NCBI GenBank assembly: GCA_010093815.1
Contig: ML996566.1
Length of the DNA stretch: 64,000 bases
Origin: Pseudovirgaria hyperparasitica
Lineage: Eukaryota
Strand: one strand, 5' to 3'
A model generated the notes under the pieces. That model was not told where the DNA came from. It saw only the letters and a list, made by a program, of their open reading frames with translations, and did no database searches. The translations under genes were made by a program, and so were the position numbers. Positions within the stretch are counted from its first letter, which is position 1. Every line of letters starts with the position of its first letter. Below, in pieces: positions 38,973-51,058 of the stretch.

Positions 38973-41900
38973 AGAGAACGACGAGTATGGACGTGGTTGT
39001 GAGCGCCGCGCGGGCTGTCGTCGGCAGTAGCGTGGATTGTGATGGCGGTAGTCCCAAACAGGATTAGATCCAACTGTTGAGTGAGTTGACAGCCCTGAAA
39101 GCTCTTGAGGAGTGCTAGACTGAAGAGTGAAGGCTGCATCAAGGTGTGGCTCACGCCTCAGGGGGGGCGGGGGCTCCCCTGCATCAAGATGTGCGGAGAG
39201 AGTCAAGAGGTCTTTTCAGTCTTGAGTCTTGGACGAGATGCTAATAGATAGTCCGGCTGCATTCCCTGCTTTTCACTAATACTACTATCGATATAGGTAT
39301 TGTTGTTGCTCCTGACTCCTGCTCCCCCACCATCATCCACACCCATCTGCACGTTACACGAACAGCTTCAACATGAATATGTACCGTCCAATGTAGTGAT
39401 AGCCGCTACCTTCGAATGTTGCTGCATGAAAGAATTCACATCGTGGCGCATCGTCTACCGGACTATCATCCTATATCTTTGCATTTCTCGTCTACTACCC
39501 ACTCAGTAGGCTGTACTTCTTTGTCCGTGAGTACGGTGGCCTCGTGTTCGCCTCGACAGGGCTGACCGAAACCAGAATCCCATCAGCATAATCGGGCCTA
39601 TCCGCTGCAAATCATGAGTATTATGGTCGACGGGCCAAAGTCCAAGAATACATGACGAAGGCTTCAGACCTAAGGGAGTCAAGTGGTGAGCTATGTCCCG
39701 TTATCGCCCTTTCGGCTCACACCTACCCCCCTCCCCCCCCCCTCGCTCAGCCTCCAATACACCCACGCCCATCGTAGTGGTGTGGTAGGAGAAGCAATGT
39801 CTACAAAGAAATCTGAGACGTTTCGTTGCTGCCCTCTCTTCGTGACCTCGACATCCACCTCCATGGGGGACCAGGGACATTATGGTGGGATCGCTCAGCA
39901 AGGAAAAAGTGGGCTTTCTTGACGAGCACTGTTTAGATGGCAAATTGATGTGATCGAAGATCGAAGACGAGGCCTAGAGAGGCTCTCCTTTGGGAATATA
40001 ACACTGCTGCTGCCCATCCCGCCCCGAGCTGATATCTGTTCTTGGTGTTGCCCTGCTTCTTCTCTATTATCTTGCCAATAACAAGCACTTTTACGCCAGA
40101 TCGCTCACAGACAGACAACCTGAAGAATATATACATACATACCTACAGCTTACCTTACACTCTCGCCCGCACCTCGACCGCCTACCTCAGTACTAGCCAG
40201 CTAACTTACTTTGACTCTGAAACAAGCCTGACCTCGAGTCTCGAGTCCGACGTTGCGCAGAACCACGAATCTGCCGTTGTGTGCGTGTACTCAGGTAAGA
40301 GACATTTTTGACTTCATCCAGTCCCACCCTTCCCACAGGTCTACCACGGTATGATGCATATTGTACTGCGCGCTTCGCCTTCTTCTTGTTGTTGTTGTTC
40401 CTTTTTCCCTCGTCGGCGCTCCGGAGCGGGACACTGGCCAACATACTGGGATTTCTGGGTAAACACTATAGTGCTGTTATGGCATTGTGGTAGACCCATT
40501 CTACGCAGGACTGGCTCCGAGCAGCGAGTCGCAGGGCTCCCTTGGGCTCGGCGAGGGCGCTGATTGGCTGCGGCGCGTCCGGCGGTCGGTCGATCGAGTT
40601 GGGCAGCCCACTGCACTCCCTACCCACTATCCACTACCCACTATCTAACTAACCAGCACTTTTGCCCACCGCCTCTTCTGGCTGCCCTTCTCCCTTCTTA
40701 TTCTTCTCCGGGCGGGCGTTTTTGCTGCTGGTGCTGCTGGTGCTGCCCGGTGCTTGCTGCCACTAATAGTGCCACTGCTCGACACGACACGGCGACACGA
40801 TCCTTCCATTCCGGGCGGGCCCTGTGGCTGACCCTTTTTCTCCCTCCCACCGCTCTCCGCTGAGAAAACACTCATCTCTTCCTTCTCTCCACTTCCTCAT
40901 CCCTTCATCTCTTGTCCGCATCTTGCACCCGCAAGAGTCACTGGGGGTTCTTGACCTTCTCCTCCGCCTGCAACTCTGGGGCTACACCCAGGTTGCCCCA
41001 CCAATTACCCTTCCGCGAGAGTCCTGACTTGTGAGGTATGTCGGCTTTCCCTGCGCTTCCCCCGCCATCCTCTCGGTGTTTCGCCTCCATGTCGCACAAC
41101 TCCCTCTTCACCCCTCCTGACGATGCTCTCGCGCAATCGGACCGTATACACTCTCACCTGGAGGGGAAAAATTGGGACTGGAGACAGCCATCTATCTGCT
41201 CTGTGGCCTCGCTCACGACCGCATCTTACTGCTGTGCTCTACCAAAGGAGAAGACTAGTCTGCAATCCTCAAGTTTGCGCCCATGGCACAAGCAGCTACC
41301 CGCACGCGCATCCTTTCCCAATCGCTGTTTATACACCCTCCGCACTGCCCTGGTCGACACAACACGGCACATGGAGTGTCGACAGTCTGAGCTTCGCCTG
41401 GCCACAGGCGATCGTTGCTATGCTAGCTAGGCCACCGTAAATGTTGTAACGCATACGCTTCGAGACACAAATAATCCGGTCTATTATACCACGGACAAAG
41501 TTCTAGCTCTGTGTGACGCCATATACACTTGACCTCACAACTTGTGGATGCCTGGAATCGTTGAGTCTGGCTTATATTCACTATGACTTGACCATGCCCA
41601 AATGTTGATCACATTAGCTTCACTTCTCACAATTAATTTAGCATTTTCAAGTTACAGCGAGCTAACAAAATATTTTGTACAGAGCTCTCAAACCCTCCTC
41701 GTTCTATAATCGACCTACACGCTCTCAACTTGAAAGCGTTATTCAGCCACTCCTCCATCTCATACCACCAAAGTCAACAATCACCGTCTCGGAATATTTA
41801 CCATAATACCGAAGTTTGTAAAGCACCTCAGCTGAGCAATATCTTCACGTCAATCACTCAGACTTGACTCAGATCGGAGGTAACAGGTAAGATTTGTGCA

Positions 41901-42533
41901 CTTTGAATGCTCGAAATATGCAATGGGCAGCAAAATGAGTGTGAACACGCAGGACTGACGCCTGAAATGCAGTTCAAAGTCGAAGCAAACAAACTCTTCC
42001 GATCTCCTACCTACATTACACACTTTCGCCTTCTGCGACCCTCGTCCACTCCATCAAACAAAGTCCACCTCTGGAGTTTGAAAGTTTGTCCACGTGCTGG
42101 CACCGCCTCCTTGACAATACTGCACGATTCTTCACAAGTGGTGTCTACGTCACGGGATTCTTAGTGTCTGTGGCTCTTCAGTGGACGGACTCGAAATTCC
42201 TCTCCAAGATTCTCCACATACACCACATACCGCATCGTTATGCCGATAGCTTGTTAGTTGCCTTTTCCTGTCGTATTAATCTGTTGTGCACGAAGCAGTA
42301 CGAAAACGTGTCTTGAGACAGGTACTCACATGCCACTTATCGTTCCATTTCGCACACGCATAAAGACTGGCGTCTTACCTTCTTCGAGCCCAAAGCTAAC
42401 AGCTAAAACAGCCGATACACTATTTCATCTTCCAAGTTACTCCTCTAGCACTGCGCAGAAGGGAACACCCATACCTGATCGCTTAGATTACAGTTCAGAC
42501 GACGGACTAGACGTGGACATATTCAACCAGGAC

Positions 42534-44087
42534 ATGGCAGGCTCAACGTCGCCTTTCATCAAAGACGAACCATTCGAAATGAGTTTTAACTCGCGCTTCG
42601 CCTCGAACAACGGCTTCGACATGGAGCACCAATACAGCGGCCAGCAATTCGGCCAATCTCCAAACAGTGGGAGTGTAAACCCCTCTGAACTTCAAATGAG
42701 CGGAAGCGGCATGAACAACTTTAGTTCTCACATGTCTTCCAGCTACATCATGGGCCAGGCAAATATTGGCGATGATGAGTTGCTCGATCTAGGCAACCTA
42801 GACGATCCCAACCCCCACTTCTCCAACTTCAACGAGCAACAGCGCAACCAACATTTCATACCCAACAACGGCGGTCCCGTTAGTATGACTTACTCTCACA
42901 CCCCCGAGGGTGCTCCTATTCAAAGTCCATTCGCTAGTGGGAGCTTCAACTACGGACACTTTCAGTCCTCACAAAGACCAGGACATCATCTTGGCGTCGC
43001 TACACAGGGTGCCAACATGAACAACACTGCCTTTGCTCGACCAAGAATGCCATCAAACCTAGATCGCAAGCCTTCAGATTCACGAAGCCCCATGACACCA
43101 AGCAAAGGCTTCGGTGAGCTACACATTGGCACTCCAGGATCTAGTAGTGTTAGCTCTCACGCTCATCCTTTCATGGGTCATCGCCCAACGCATCAGCGGG
43201 CACAATCTCAGGTCGAACATGTCACTCCAGGCAGTGCTGGTTCCTACCTTGACTCTCCCTTGCAATCGCCATACGGGGTATCGATGGGTCACCCACAACC
43301 ACTGCAGGAGGTCATGTCTGGTAAACACTCAAGCCTTCCCAACAAAGTTGAAGGCAATTCAGCATACCAGTCTCAGGAAGCTAAACGGAAGAAGAGACGT
43401 GAATCTCACAATGCTGTTGAGCGTCGCAGGCGTGATAATATCAATGAGCGGATCCACGACTTATCTCGTCTGGTACCGACACATCGACTCGAGGATGAGA
43501 AGGTCCGCAAGCACATCCACAACAACGGACCTTTGTCACCAACTATAGCCGCCAGTGGCATATCCCCGCCTCATGCCACATCATTGCTGGCAGGTGGCAC
43601 TGGAAGGCGCGCAGCTGGCAACATAACCACAGGTTTGCCTCTCGAGGACAAAGACAAAGGCCCTAACAAAGGCGATATTCTAAACGGAGCTGTGAGCTGG
43701 ACACGCGATCTCATGTGGATGCTCAACGAGAAGGTCCGCCGAGAGGAGGAGTTGAAAGTCCTCATTGAGAAGCTCGGCGGCACTTGGCCCTACCAGTACA
43801 ACGAAGAAGAACAACGCATGCGCAGTGAGCTCATCAAAGCTGTAGACGTCAACGGGACCGAATCCTTCACATACAGTCGTGGACACGGAAGTGGACTTCG
43901 CGTTCCCGGCCACACCAACGTGGCTGGAGAGCCTCTTGACGGGTCACCCAATGCTCTCAGCCCTGGCTTCCAAAGTGGTGGCAGTGGTTCCAACTCTGGC
44001 CAACCACAATACTGGCCTGACGACAACAACCGTGGCTCCTTCAGTCTGAAAGAAGAGGACGAGTTTGGAACCATGGAGCTATCCTAA
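42534..44087 (+). CDS. bHLH transcription factor, Rtg3/MiT-TFE-like
   Basis: KRKKRRESHNAVERRRRDNINERIHDLSRLVP, a long loop, then PNKGDILNGAVSWTRDL. First exonic ATG at 42534. Confidence 0.9.
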   Translation: MAGSTSPFIKDEPFEMSFNSRFASNNGFDMEHQYSGQQFGQSPNSGSVNPSELQMSGSGMNNFSSHMSSSYIMGQANIGDDELLDLGNLDDPNPHFSNFNEQQRNQHFIPNNGGPVSMTYSHTPEGAPIQSPFASGSFNYGHFQSSQRPGHHLGVATQGANMNNTAFARPRMPSNLDRKPSDSRSPMTPSKGFGELHIGTPGSSSVSSHAHPFMGHRPTHQRAQSQVEHVTPGSAGSYLDSPLQSPYGVSMGHPQPLQEVMSGKHSSLPNKVEGNSAYQSQEAKRKKRRESHNAVERRRRDNINERIHDLSRLVPTHRLEDEKVRKHIHNNGPLSPTIAASGISPPHATSLLAGGTGRRAAGNITTGLPLEDKDKGPNKGDILNGAVSWTRDLMWMLNEKVRREEELKVLIEKLGGTWPYQYNEEEQRMRSELIKAVDVNGTESFTYSRGHGSGLRVPGHTNVAGEPLDGSPNALSPGFQSGGSGSNSGQPQYWPDDNNRGSFSLKEEDEFGTMELS

Positions 44088-45886
44088 ACACCAACAGAAT
44101 GCACGTCTTCCGTTTCCGTCATGTTTTGTGATACCCATCTGCTCCAGCATTTTCGCACTCTCCATACTCGTTCGGTCATGCATGACATGATCGTAACACT
44201 TACCGCATGATGTCCCCGAGCCTCAACACCCGATCAAAGTTCAAAATGAATATGATGGGTGTTGACTCGGGGTCGTTACTTCTTTCGATATTGCCGATCA
44301 TCAGACGAAATCTATCACACGTTGTCGGAGTCTCGAATCATTTACTTTGGCGGAGTTCCTCTACTTTGATATACTGCTGCGTCTGGTGGCGTTTGAAGGG
44401 GCACATCATCTTTCTTTGACTTTTCTTTTTTTTTCCTCCACTATGTTCTGCATTACGACGCTTGCTACCTGCTGTTCCTCTACTGCCGATACTCTTCGAT
44501 ACAGACCGCGACCAAGGCTTCGGCTGACGTCCGTCTTGGAATGTGGATTATGCTCGTCGCGCTGGCCGCAGCGTTTTTTTATTTCCACGTAGCTCATCGT
44601 TCAACGTCTTCAATGCATCTCTTGAGTGGGATAGACCGCCGACGACCTGCATTTCCCGAGTCATATATGATTACCTTCCCTATCTCTTTTGTGTGCGTCT
44701 CGTCATGGATGGTCATCATGTCGTGGATCCAGGAAATGAATGATGCGAGATAACGGACCTCCGGCCGCGGTCGAATGGTGGTGGTACTCATGGAATGGGC
44801 GTTCTCCTTTTTTTCGTTTTATTGTCGCTTTTCCTTTTTTACACAGTTCCTAGTTTCCGAGCATATATCTAATACATACAAACTCTCCACATCTCACTCC
44901 TGCAGCCGGGACCTGCGCCTCCTTATATATGTGAATTTTCTCCCCTCTTTGGCCACTGCTAGGACCCCACCCTTATCAATAATAGCTTGAACCATCCATG
45001 CCCCCTCCTTCTCCTACCTATTTTATCGTTCGCCTTCCGCGCTTTCCGATTTAAGCGTGTCACGCTGTCGCGTCTACTGTTGACGTGGGCGATGCTGATA
45101 GGGTGGGGGTTTGGCGGGGGTTATGCAGGGTCTGGGAAGCGGGAAGCGGAACGTCATGTACACTGTACACATGCGTGCTTTTCTTGCGTTGGGATGGGGG
45201 ATTTGATTACATCCTGGGTGCATGCGTATAGGGTCAGATGAGTAGTTGTTGTTGTTGCTGTGTTGAGTGCGTTGTTCAATAGATGGTGGGTGAATGGATA
45301 GATGGTGGTGGGTGAAGGTCGATTCAGATGGTCTTTCAATCAATCTCGGCGTTGGGGGCTCATTAAGTGGTCTGTATCGACATTGCATCGCATAGAAGCG
45401 CAGAGTAGTAGGTAGGATCCAGAGGTTCTCCCATCGTCCCGAACCGGCACCCCGCAAAGAAGGAGTTTGAGTGAACTCTTTGCCTCCCTCCCTTCCGCAA
45501 GCCGCCCGCTCCCCGAACCATTTTTCTCTCGCTAAGTAATCAGTAGCCGACTTGAAAGGGAAAAAAAAACAGTCGTGGTTTCTTCTCCACGCTACCATCC
45601 ATTCCTGGACATTATCATCCTCTCTGAAGGCGGACACTAACAGTATTACTTACTAACACTGCCATGCTTGCGTCGGATTGTTGGCGTACTAGAGCCGTAG
45701 CTGCAGAGGTCATATGGTGGTGATTGTAGTTCGATGTGAGGACATGGGAGGTTGAAGGTTGGGGAGGTAGGGCTGGCGATTGGTTTGGTTTGGTTTGATA
45801 CATACTGGCCAGCCCTATGTACGTAGCGAGATGGGGACTGGGATCGGGATTGGGATTGAGATCGGGGGATGGTAGAGCAGGTAATG

Positions 45887-45950
45887 GTAGGGTTAGGTTA
45901 GGGCCAGGTTAGGGTTAGGTTCGGTTAAGGTAGGTTAAGGGTAGGTAGGT
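45887..45950. repeat. Degenerate telomere-like (GGTTA/TTAGGG) tract
   Basis: GTAGGGTTAGGTTAGGGCCAGGTTAGGGTTAGGTTCGGTTAAGG..., set among other short G/T-rich repeats. Confidence 0.6.
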
Positions 45951-46638
45951 GAAGCAATGCGATGCGTTGGCAGTGCATACATACATATCCCGTGGCCATC
46001 GCGTGTTCGTGTCTGTTGTGTCAGCCGCACCACGTGTTGTCGAGAGTTGAGACTAGGACCGTTGACAGAGGGGGGAAGGGGAGGGGGCTGAGGATGGTGG
46101 GATAGGGTTTGAAATTTGTATGTATAATTATTTGGCTGGATGGTAGGTACTGGAAGTGGGTAGGTGGAGTGAGTGTGAGTGAGTGAGTTGAGGATTTGAA
46201 TTCGAAATATTTAGTGTGCTGGCTGGCGTGAGAGCTGGTGTCTTTATCATCACCGGATGGAGGTTTCTTTTTGGAGAGCATGTTCATAGGAATATAGATT
46301 TATCATATCATCATCCAGTTCGTGTACTAGGGACTTAGCTGTTTTCCGGGTCGTTAATCCGGACACGCATAATAAATACTGTGTGACAGCAGGGGGAAAA
46401 GCAAAGAGGTCAAGGCCAAGGAGGGAAGTGCTCCGGGTAGTCCGTGCGTGCTGTGGCGCAAGACCTTGTCACTCACCGCCACACCACATCAAGACTTCTT
46501 AGCAAACTCCTAGGGTCTCTAATGTTATTGGTAGCATCGTCGTCGTCGTTGTATCTAACACTTGCACGTCTCCTACGTTCGCTAGATAACTTTTGCTATA
46601 CGCTTTCGGGGGCTCTGAGCACCCCACAATAAGTACGA

Positions 46639-47383
46639 ATGGGCACTCAAATGGGCGGCCCAGGCGGCGGCCGCAAGATCCAGAAACCCATCCCGTGAGT
46701 TCAATTTGTATTCCTATGTCCATCAACCCCCTAATCCCTCCCTCTCTCTTTGTCCCCATCTTCCTCTCCCGGCCAGCTTCGCTCTGCCCAAGGATGATAT
46801 AAACAAACATTTTCCTCACTCACCCGCCTTTTCGAATGAAAATAGCCCCGAACGCGGCTCCTTTCCACTCGACCACGACGCCGAGTGCAAATCCTTCATG
46901 ACATCCTACCTGTCCTGTATCCGCACGCATCGCGGGCAGAACGCGACGCCGTGTCGGCTACTGAGTAAGGAGTATTTGGAGTGTCGGATGACGCAGTAAG
47001 TTGTCTTTTTTTCTTTTTTTTTTTCTTTCTGACTTTGTATTTGCTATCTCGTGTTTTTGTTTGGGAATTTTCGAGTTTTCATTGGGCCTGCTTAGAAAAA
47101 ATTCCGTGGTTGCTTTGGTGCGTTCTGTATGGACTCTTGAACTATGGGTTTTCTTGGCATCGATTTCTGTGTTGGGAATTATATATGGGAGTGTAGAATT
47201 AACGCGTGTGGGTGCTCTAGTAACCTGATGGCACCGGACGAGATGCGGAATCTGGGGTATGGCGAGGAGTTTGAGCGGGATGTGAAGCGGATTAGAGTTG
47301 GCACGGGTGGGAGTGTATCGGATGTGGAGGCTGGGAAGCCGCCGGATAGGAAGCAGGATGATAGGCCGGAGATCAAGTGGTGA
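46639..47383 (+). CDS. COX19: Cytochrome c oxidase assembly protein Cox19 (twin CX9C)
   Basis: [28 protein letters not shown]...[13 protein letters not shown] / [12 protein letters not shown]. Introns 46695-46845 and 46996-47220. Confidence 0.94.
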
Positions 47384-47797
47384 TGGGGGGAGGTGGTGGT
47401 GTTGGTTGTGGTGAGAGGGAAGGGAGAGGTGGTGTTTGAGTATGGGCGTGTACGATATATCTATAGTGAGAGGGAGATGTGGATATTTGGTGTAAAATAC
47501 ATAGATGAAAGATGTGGTACGGTTAATGGTGAGATGGTGTGTCTGAAAATGTTCAACTTTGGGAGCACTGCAGTGTGGTGGAAAACAGACGTCATGTGAG
47601 TGGTTTGTAGGATTGCATTTGTTGTCTGAGTATTTGAATGTCGAGAGAATTCCCACTCTGTATCAAAGCCAAAGTTTCTATATCACGCGGATAATCCGAT
47701 CTTAATATATGCACAATCTGAATGAATTCCATGACACCCAAAACGCCATCCTTATCCAGGAACCTCGTCTAGGAACGTCATCCAAACCCCGTTTCCC

Positions 47798-48415
47798 TCA
47801 AATCAACCTCGTCCAGATATACTCACACAATTCCGCAATGTCCGGCGCCCACCCCTGTCCCCTATCCCCGGCCACACTCTCGATCCCATCATACCCGATC
47901 CTGACATCCCTCCGCTCCATTTCATCCAGATAGCCCACACTGATCCGATACCCATCCTCGCGCTGGCACATGTTCCGTCGACACATCGGACACTGATTCG
48001 ACATCCTTAGCCAGTCCTCAAGGCAGTCTTTGCCGAAAATGTGTCCACACGGGACCTGGACAGGACGCTGGTCACGGCTTGGGACAGCAATACTTGAGGA
48101 GTGGTGCTGCGAAGCAGGGCGTGGAGACTCGTGGCCAGATCGTTCCAAGCATGCGATACCGAGTCGTTGTTTCGGCCCTGGGGCGGTGGTTTGGAAGGGG
48201 TCGAAACAGATGTTACAAGTGCGGTCGCCGCGTGGGAGCGTTTTGATCGGCAGAGTTCGGGCGTCGAGGCTAGCGAAGAACTCCGCGTGCGGTATTATCG
48301 CAGAGGACAACGAAGTCCGAGGCGATGGAGAGCGCGAGGAGCGGTCTGGCGAAGACCGTCTGCCAAACGCAGCACGACGGAAGCGCGAGAAGTATTCTTG
48401 CTTCGGAGCACTCAT
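47798..48415 (-). CDS. RING-finger protein (putative E3 ligase; CGHIFG variant)
   Basis: CNIC...VPCGHIFGKDCLEDWL..NQCPMCRR, with Gly at the fifth ligand position. Confidence 0.8.
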   Translation of the reverse strand: MSAPKQEYFSRFRRAAFGRRSSPDRSSRSPSPRTSLSSAIIPHAEFFASLDARTLPIKTLPRGDRTCNICFDPFQTTAPGPKQRLGIACLERSGHESPRPASQHHSSSIAVPSRDQRPVQVPCGHIFGKDCLEDWLRMSNQCPMCRRNMCQREDGYRISVGYLDEMERRDVRIGYDGIESVAGDRGQGWAPDIAELCEYIWTRLI

Positions 48416-49036
48416 TGTGTTTGCGCGAAGAGTATGATGAGAAGAATCCGCAGTTAACGAGCCTGGTCATGGAGGCAGAAAGAGCACGCAACATATGCAA
48501 GTGAATGTGAGACTATTCACGAAGTCAGTCTTCAGAAAGATGCTTCACGCGACACGGCCAGGCTAATCATTCTGGTATGAGACATTGCACGGGCGAGATC
48601 GTCGTGACCTCGAGCGGCACCTGGCAGCGATCAGGTGAGGGGGCCGTGAGTGACCCGCTTTGCTGCCTGCGGTGATGTAAGACAGCGCAGCATTCATGGC
48701 GGTACTGGGGCTTTTCGGAGTGTATTGTGTTGTTCTGTGGTTGGTGTGGAAGATTTGGACGTGGACAGTAGTCTGGGACTGAACCGAGAACGAGAGAGAG
48801 GCCTCAGGCCTGCAGGCATCTCTGCAATAGATTCCATGGGTAAGAAGTGAATCGGGTAGTGGGGCTGAAGTGCCGAATACGTCACTATTCCATGACAGCA
48901 TCTATCTAGCTGCGATCAACAAGCGGGGGCGTCCATACTGTCTATCAATCGTGCACGCAACCTTTCCATGTAAACAGTAAATACCACCGCTCACATCTAC
49001 AAGTCAAACTCGTCAAGAACAGTCCTTCATATCACC

Positions 49037-49358
49037 ATGTCCAACGAAAACCAACAGCCCAGCCTCGTCGCCTCACATGCCAATTTTATCTCTGGCGCTG
49101 CTAAAGTTCCATCTCCCCAACACAGCACTGTCCGTATCGGCTACTGACATAAACCAGGAGACCGTCGGTCAAGCTCTCGGCTCCACTGAGTGGAAGCAGT
49201 CAGGCACTGCGCAAAAGGAGCACGCTGTGCAGGACATGAAGGCTGCTGGCGAGCAGCGCGATCCTAACAAGGACGGATGGGGCAAGGCTGAGGAGATTGC
49301 TGGCAAGGCGGCTGGGTGTGAGGGCATGGAGCAGGAGGGTGCGCAGAGTAAGAAGTGA
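49037..49358 (+). CDS. Small hydrophilic CsbD-like/stress protein
   Basis: MSNENQQPSLVASHANFISGAAK, intron 49106-49157, then ETVGQALGSTEWKQSG...GKAEEIAGKAAGCEGM. Good start context (caccATG). Confidence 0.75.
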
Positions 49359-50017
49359 ATTGTAGTCTCATAGGTCATGTACGATATGACGAATGATGAT
49401 GTTGCGATGTATCTTGTGTTGAGATCTCACTGAAAAGAAGGCTTTGCTGTGTATGAGGTCTCTTCGCCTTGAGTGTTGAGCGTTCCAAGACCTGATGTCG
49501 CGAATATGTCCTGCATTGTGGGAAGATCCCTCTCAGTCTCTACTATCATCGCCATCCCCGCCTGGCACCCCCTATACATGCTCCCACGTTTTATCGACAA
49601 TCACGACCCGCGCTCACGCGATATCGAAGCGTACCCCAAAGCACGGCATACGAGAAAGGGAACGCACATAATCATGATCGGCGAAAGAATTCGTGGATAT
49701 TCCCCTAATGGCTGAGGCAATGGTTTCGGGAAATACGGCGATGTTCCGAACAAGGGATGAGTTAAGTTGGAAAGCCTTGCGTCTCATGTATGTGGACAAT
49801 GATACACAAGGTAGGAATTTGGTGACGTGTCTATGGGTCGAAAGGTGCATATGGAAGTTTGTTACTCGATTTCTCGGCATCCAGCGAGGGTGTTGCTACA
49901 TGAGGAGTATGGTATGTAGACAGGGAAGACGTGGATTTGATAGGCTCGACACTAGTACTTCGATGTTGACGCGCATATAGGTAGTGGAATTTGACGATAA
50001 GTTACACTCGGCTGCGA

Positions 50018-50729
50018 TCATGCTCGTCGAATTTCCCACTTCATGTCGGTGATACTGACTTCTTCGCTAGCTTTCTCGTCGTAATCAAACCAGTCGCCCT
50101 CGTGTAACTCGATGCCTGTGAATTTGGTTCCTGATTCGAGACCCTTCGCGGTCCATTCGCCCTACATAACATCAGTATTTACCATGGCCGGAAGTATAGT
50201 CCTGTCATACGTCAGGTTTGAACTCGACAAATTCAAGTCCTCTACAGTCAAATTCGAGAATGTTCTGCTTCTTTGCGGCGTCCGAGTGCGGGTATGCCTT
50301 TGGCTTTTCCTTGATGTTTGCGGATTGCTCTCTCTATTCGTTCTTAAAATCAGCATTTCCCAGGCTTTTGCTTCGTCCATGTGCGCCGGTGGAGTCGCAC
50401 CTTGCAGGACTTACACCTCCAAACAAAATTGGCTTCTCCTCGGCTCCCGCTTATTTCATTTTGTTCCTGGCGACTCAAATCAGCGATGTGAACAGTCAAA
50501 GTGCCAGGGCAGACAGACAAATCGGCTCACAGTCACCCAATTAGGGTGAATCTCGCGACAAGAGGTGCATTGTACTTTGAACGTGTAGAAGAACGGATTG
50601 TCTTCAGTGTCATTGGGAAGAAGGTCGGTAACTCTGTGTACAAAGGGAATTGATATCAGCAAAAGGCCCATGCAGTCATGCAAGGTCATACCCGTTTAAC
50701 TCTGCGGTCAAGGCAAGGGCAAGTACCAT
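50018..50729 (-). CDS. UPF0587/DUF866 CXXC zinc-binding protein (YCR090C-like)
   Basis: Exons MVLALALTAELN / YTFKVQCTSCREIH / GSRGEANFVWRCKSCK / FDCRGLEFVEFKPD / GDWFDYDEKA..VSI. Four short introns. Confidence 0.93.
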
Positions 50730-51058
50730 GATGACTACGGAACGCTCGTTGCGACCGAGGATGCATTGGTGAGTGAGTGATCACAGTGGGGCTTCGAGAA
50801 GAGCTCGATTTGCGATTGCGCGGGCACATGGTGATCAGTGCGTTGCACCACCACTCTTCTCTGATCTAATACCCTACCTCTCCTCTCCCGATTCCAGAGC
50901 AGCACTACTATATCGCGTCAAGAGGTGGCATTCTGTTGGAGCTCGCGATCATCTTCCCGAAACCACACAAGCGCTTAGAATCCTGTCAGCGGATTATATC
51001 TTCCTCCTCTAGGCCACGTTGAACCCTCAGGAAGTCATCTGACAATGTTGCGGTAGCA

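Noticed and set aside
38592..39206. ORFs with (CV)n or (HT)n repeats
   Set aside because: They are translations of the (GT)n microsatellite.
51039..51058. Three-codon uORF before the PPR start
   Set aside because: CTGAC...TAG fits the branch site and acceptor of a 5'UTR intron, so the ATG is probably spliced out.
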